NCBI GenBank assembly: GCA_905373835.1
Contig: CAJPUN010000005.1
Coordinates: 34,480-58,479 of the forward strand
From: Candidatus Saccharimonadota bacterium
GTDB taxonomy: Bacteria > Patescibacteriota > Saccharimonadia > Saccharimonadales > Saccharimonadaceae
Length of the DNA stretch: 24,000 nucleotides
Direction: 5' to 3'
In this document: positions 22,126 to 24,000 of the stretch, piece after piece
Numbering within the stretch: the first letter of the stretch is position 1
Layout of the letters: each line of letters starts with the position of its first letter
Notes under the pieces: model-generated
What the model was told of the DNA's origin: nothing
The model's database searches: none
What the model saw: only the letters and a program-made list of their open reading frames with translations
Program-made: the position numbers and the translations under genes

Positions 22126-23347
22126 CAATATCAATCCCGCCCCACCACTGATGATGCATATCGATCTCAATAGCTGCTTTGCCACGATCGAGCAGCAATC
22201 TCGGCCGCTGCTCCGCCACCGGCCAGTTGTCATCGTTAATCGGCGCAACCAACACGCGACTATCGTCACCGCAAGCTACGAAGCCAAAGCGCGTGGTGTC
22301 CGTACTGGCATGCGCCTGCCTGCAGCGCGGCTACTTTGCCCCGATATTGTTCCGCTAGAAAGCGATCCACCCAAGTATCGCTATGTCTACCACCGACTTG
22401 CAACCATCCTCAGCGACTACTCGCCCAGTGCCACCATGAAAAGCATTGATGAAGGGGTGATCGACCTCAGCCAAAGCCCGCCCGACATCCGGGCACGCGG
22501 CGCGCTGGCAATCGGCCAGGAGATCAAGCAGCGCCTCCGTAGCGAAGTTGGCGACTACATGCGCTGCAATGTTGGCATTGGCACCAACCGCTGGCTAGCT
22601 AAGATTGCTGCCGGTATCAATAAGCCTGACGGCCTGACTTGCATCACTGCAGACAATCTCCACGCAGTACTCGCTACACTATCGCTCGAAGACCTCACTG
22701 GTATTGCCACTGGCTACAGCAAGCGCCTCCACCAGGTTGGTATCCAGACACCGCTGGACTTTCTGGCCGCAGACGAAGCAACGCTCGAGCACATGGTGTT
22801 TCATGGCAAGCCAGGACGCGATTGGTATAAGCGGCTGCGCGGTTGGGAGGTAGATAGTGATGAGCGCCCGCTCAAGACAGTCGGGCGACAGTTCGTCCTT
22901 GATCAGCCAAACCTCAATTACGATCAAGTCTTGCGCCGCTTCCACGTTCTATGCGAAGACATCGCGGCTGCGCTCCGGCAGCAATACGTGCGCGCCCGTG
23001 GTGTGCGCCTCTATGCCAAAAGTTATCAAACAGGCCGCTGGTACAACCACGAGCGCCGCGAGCATCCACTATGTGATGGCACCACGCTCTTTCATATCGT
23101 CAAGCGACTCACCCAGTCGATGCCGCTGCCCGCCTATGAGATTGGCATGTCGTGTTATCTTCTCACGAGCGAGACAGACGCACAGCTCGCACTCTTCGAC
23201 GACCCATCAGCTCGCCACGCTCTCACTGCCGCAATCGACGAGATCAACCAATTCTACGGCCCACACACCGTCCAGCCAGCCGATACTCTCGGCATTGCTG
23301 CGCAGATGAAGCGCAAAATACCATTTGGTAGTGTGCGGTATTTATGA
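22115..23347 (+). CDS. Y-family DNA polymerase, UmuC/ImpB/MucB-like
   Basis: 'MHIDLNSCFATIEQQSRPLLRHRPVVIVNR...IVTASYEAKARGVRTGM' is UmuC-like (DxN-FYAS-E and NDG-VIA-S-EAK pattern). 'MKSIDEGVIDLS' (SIDE catalytic), 'CNVGIGTNRWLAKIAAGINKPDG' and the C-terminal 'AQLALFDD' are also present. Start at ATG 22115, with GAGG 6 nt upstream. Confidence 0.88.
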   Translation: MSHSNINPAPPLMMHIDLNSCFATIEQQSRPLLRHRPVVIVNRRNQHATIVTASYEAKARGVRTGMRLPAARLLCPDIVPLESDPPKYRYVYHRLATILSDYSPSATMKSIDEGVIDLSQSPPDIRARGALAIGQEIKQRLRSEVGDYMRCNVGIGTNRWLAKIAAGINKPDGLTCITADNLHAVLATLSLEDLTGIATGYSKRLHQVGIQTPLDFLAADEATLEHMVFHGKPGRDWYKRLRGWEVDSDERPLKTVGRQFVLDQPNLNYDQVLRRFHVLCEDIAAALRQQYVRARGVRLYAKSYQTGRWYNHERREHPLCDGTTLFHIVKRLTQSMPLPAYEIGMSCYLLTSETDAQLALFDDPSARHALTAAIDEINQFYGPHTVQPADTLGIAAQMKRKIPFGSVRYL

Positions 23348-24000
23348 GCCCTCGCCGTGCACTATTGCCATCAACTCATCGTGCACGACACCATTGGACA
23401 CAAGTGCACCACAAAACGGCCGCGTATAGTCAAGCGGCTGGCCCGATACACTCGTCATCTTACCACCAGCCTCCTCAACAATAACGTGCACTGCTGCCAT
23501 GTCATACGCATTCACCTTCTCGGCATAATACCCAACGAAGCGCCCCTCAGCCACGCGAACACTCTTGGCTACTGCGCCACTAATGCTTGCTGTGCTCACC
23601 TTGCGTTCGATCAGCTTATCATAATACTTATGGCGGCGGATATTTGCATAGCTACACGACGCAGCAAAGATCCCCTCTGTAAGCATCTGGTGATTCACCT
23701 GCAGCCGCGTACCATTGCAAAAGGCACCATGGCCACGCACCGCCCAGTAGAGCCGATCTGTCATTGGTTCATAACCAACGCCAATAGTTGGCACACCATC
23801 AACCACTAACGCAAGCGAAAACATTGCTGTGGGTACACCCCAGGTAAAGGCTTTTGTGCCGTCAACCGGGTCGCACAGCCACTTCCGCCCAAGGCCATAG
23901 CCCGTCGTGCTCTCCTCTTCGCCAATGACGCCATCATTCGGGAAGGTCTCGTGGAGGCGTTGGATCACCAGTGAGTTGATTGTTGTATCGGCAATTGTCA
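23342..24000 (-). CDS. Inositol monophosphatase family protein (SuhB/CysQ/HisN-like), 5' end outside the window
   Basis: 'FPNDGVIGEEE', 'WLCDPVDGTKAF' (DPxDGT) and 'AYDMAAVHVIVEEAGG' (WDxAA-type) match the family. The frame stays open to position 24000, and the track's 23968 start is an internal GTG. It overlaps the polymerase 3' end by 6 nt (convergent). Confidence 0.85.
   Translation of the reverse strand, partial: TIADTTINSLVIQRLHETFPNDGVIGEEESTTGYGLGRKWLCDPVDGTKAFTWGVPTAMFSLALVVDGVPTIGVGYEPMTDRLYWAVRGHGAFCNGTRLQVNHQMLTEGIFAASCSYANIRRHKYYDKLIERKVSTASISGAVAKSVRVAEGRFVGYYAEKVNAYDMAAVHVIVEEAGGKMTSVSGQPLDYTRPFCGALVSNGVVHDELMAIVHGEGS

Overview
Compact, gene-dense bacterial chromosomal segment of roughly 50% GC, with very short or overlapping intergenic regions. 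It fits a small-genome, Gram-positive-type or CPR/Saccharibacteria-like organism, but that lineage call is inference only. I found no CRISPR array, IS element, integrase or prophage signature. Housekeeping content: ftsH (5' part, runs off the window, missing from the ORF track), tilS, three tRNA genes that all carry a CAT anticodon, an FtsB/DivIC-like division protein, murC, trmB, tsaC, an MscS-family channel, a VIT1/CCC1 transporter and an IMPase-family gene (partial). Between these sit less ordinary modules. (1) A dihydrolipoamide-dehydrogenase-fold protein that has lost both redox cysteines. (2) A wHTH-Nudix (degenerate Nudix box) plus MazG operon, divergent from a CYTH triphosphatase/cyclase-fold gene across a perfect 12-bp palindrome. 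(3) A tandem pair of diverged paralogs (Pro/Gln-rich N-terminus, conserved beta-rich domain with a WWW(W) motif, C-terminal TM anchor), each with its own promoter. These are followed by a secreted protein, a membrane-anchored protein and a Tat-like-signal HEXXH protein. (4) A cysteine-free (no Fe-S) MutY/Nth-fold glycosylase translationally coupled to a small acidic protein. (5) A UmuC-type Y-family polymerase preceded by and overlapping a small non-UmuD, non-YolD-looking ORF. At the sequence level, at least 13 genes have a TATAnT box 6-9 nt upstream of the start codon (leaderless-type), while others have strong Shine-Dalgarno sites. Three divergent gene pairs share a single TAGTATA heptamer that reads as a -10 box on both strands. 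All functional calls rest on motif reading by eye; no database search was possible.
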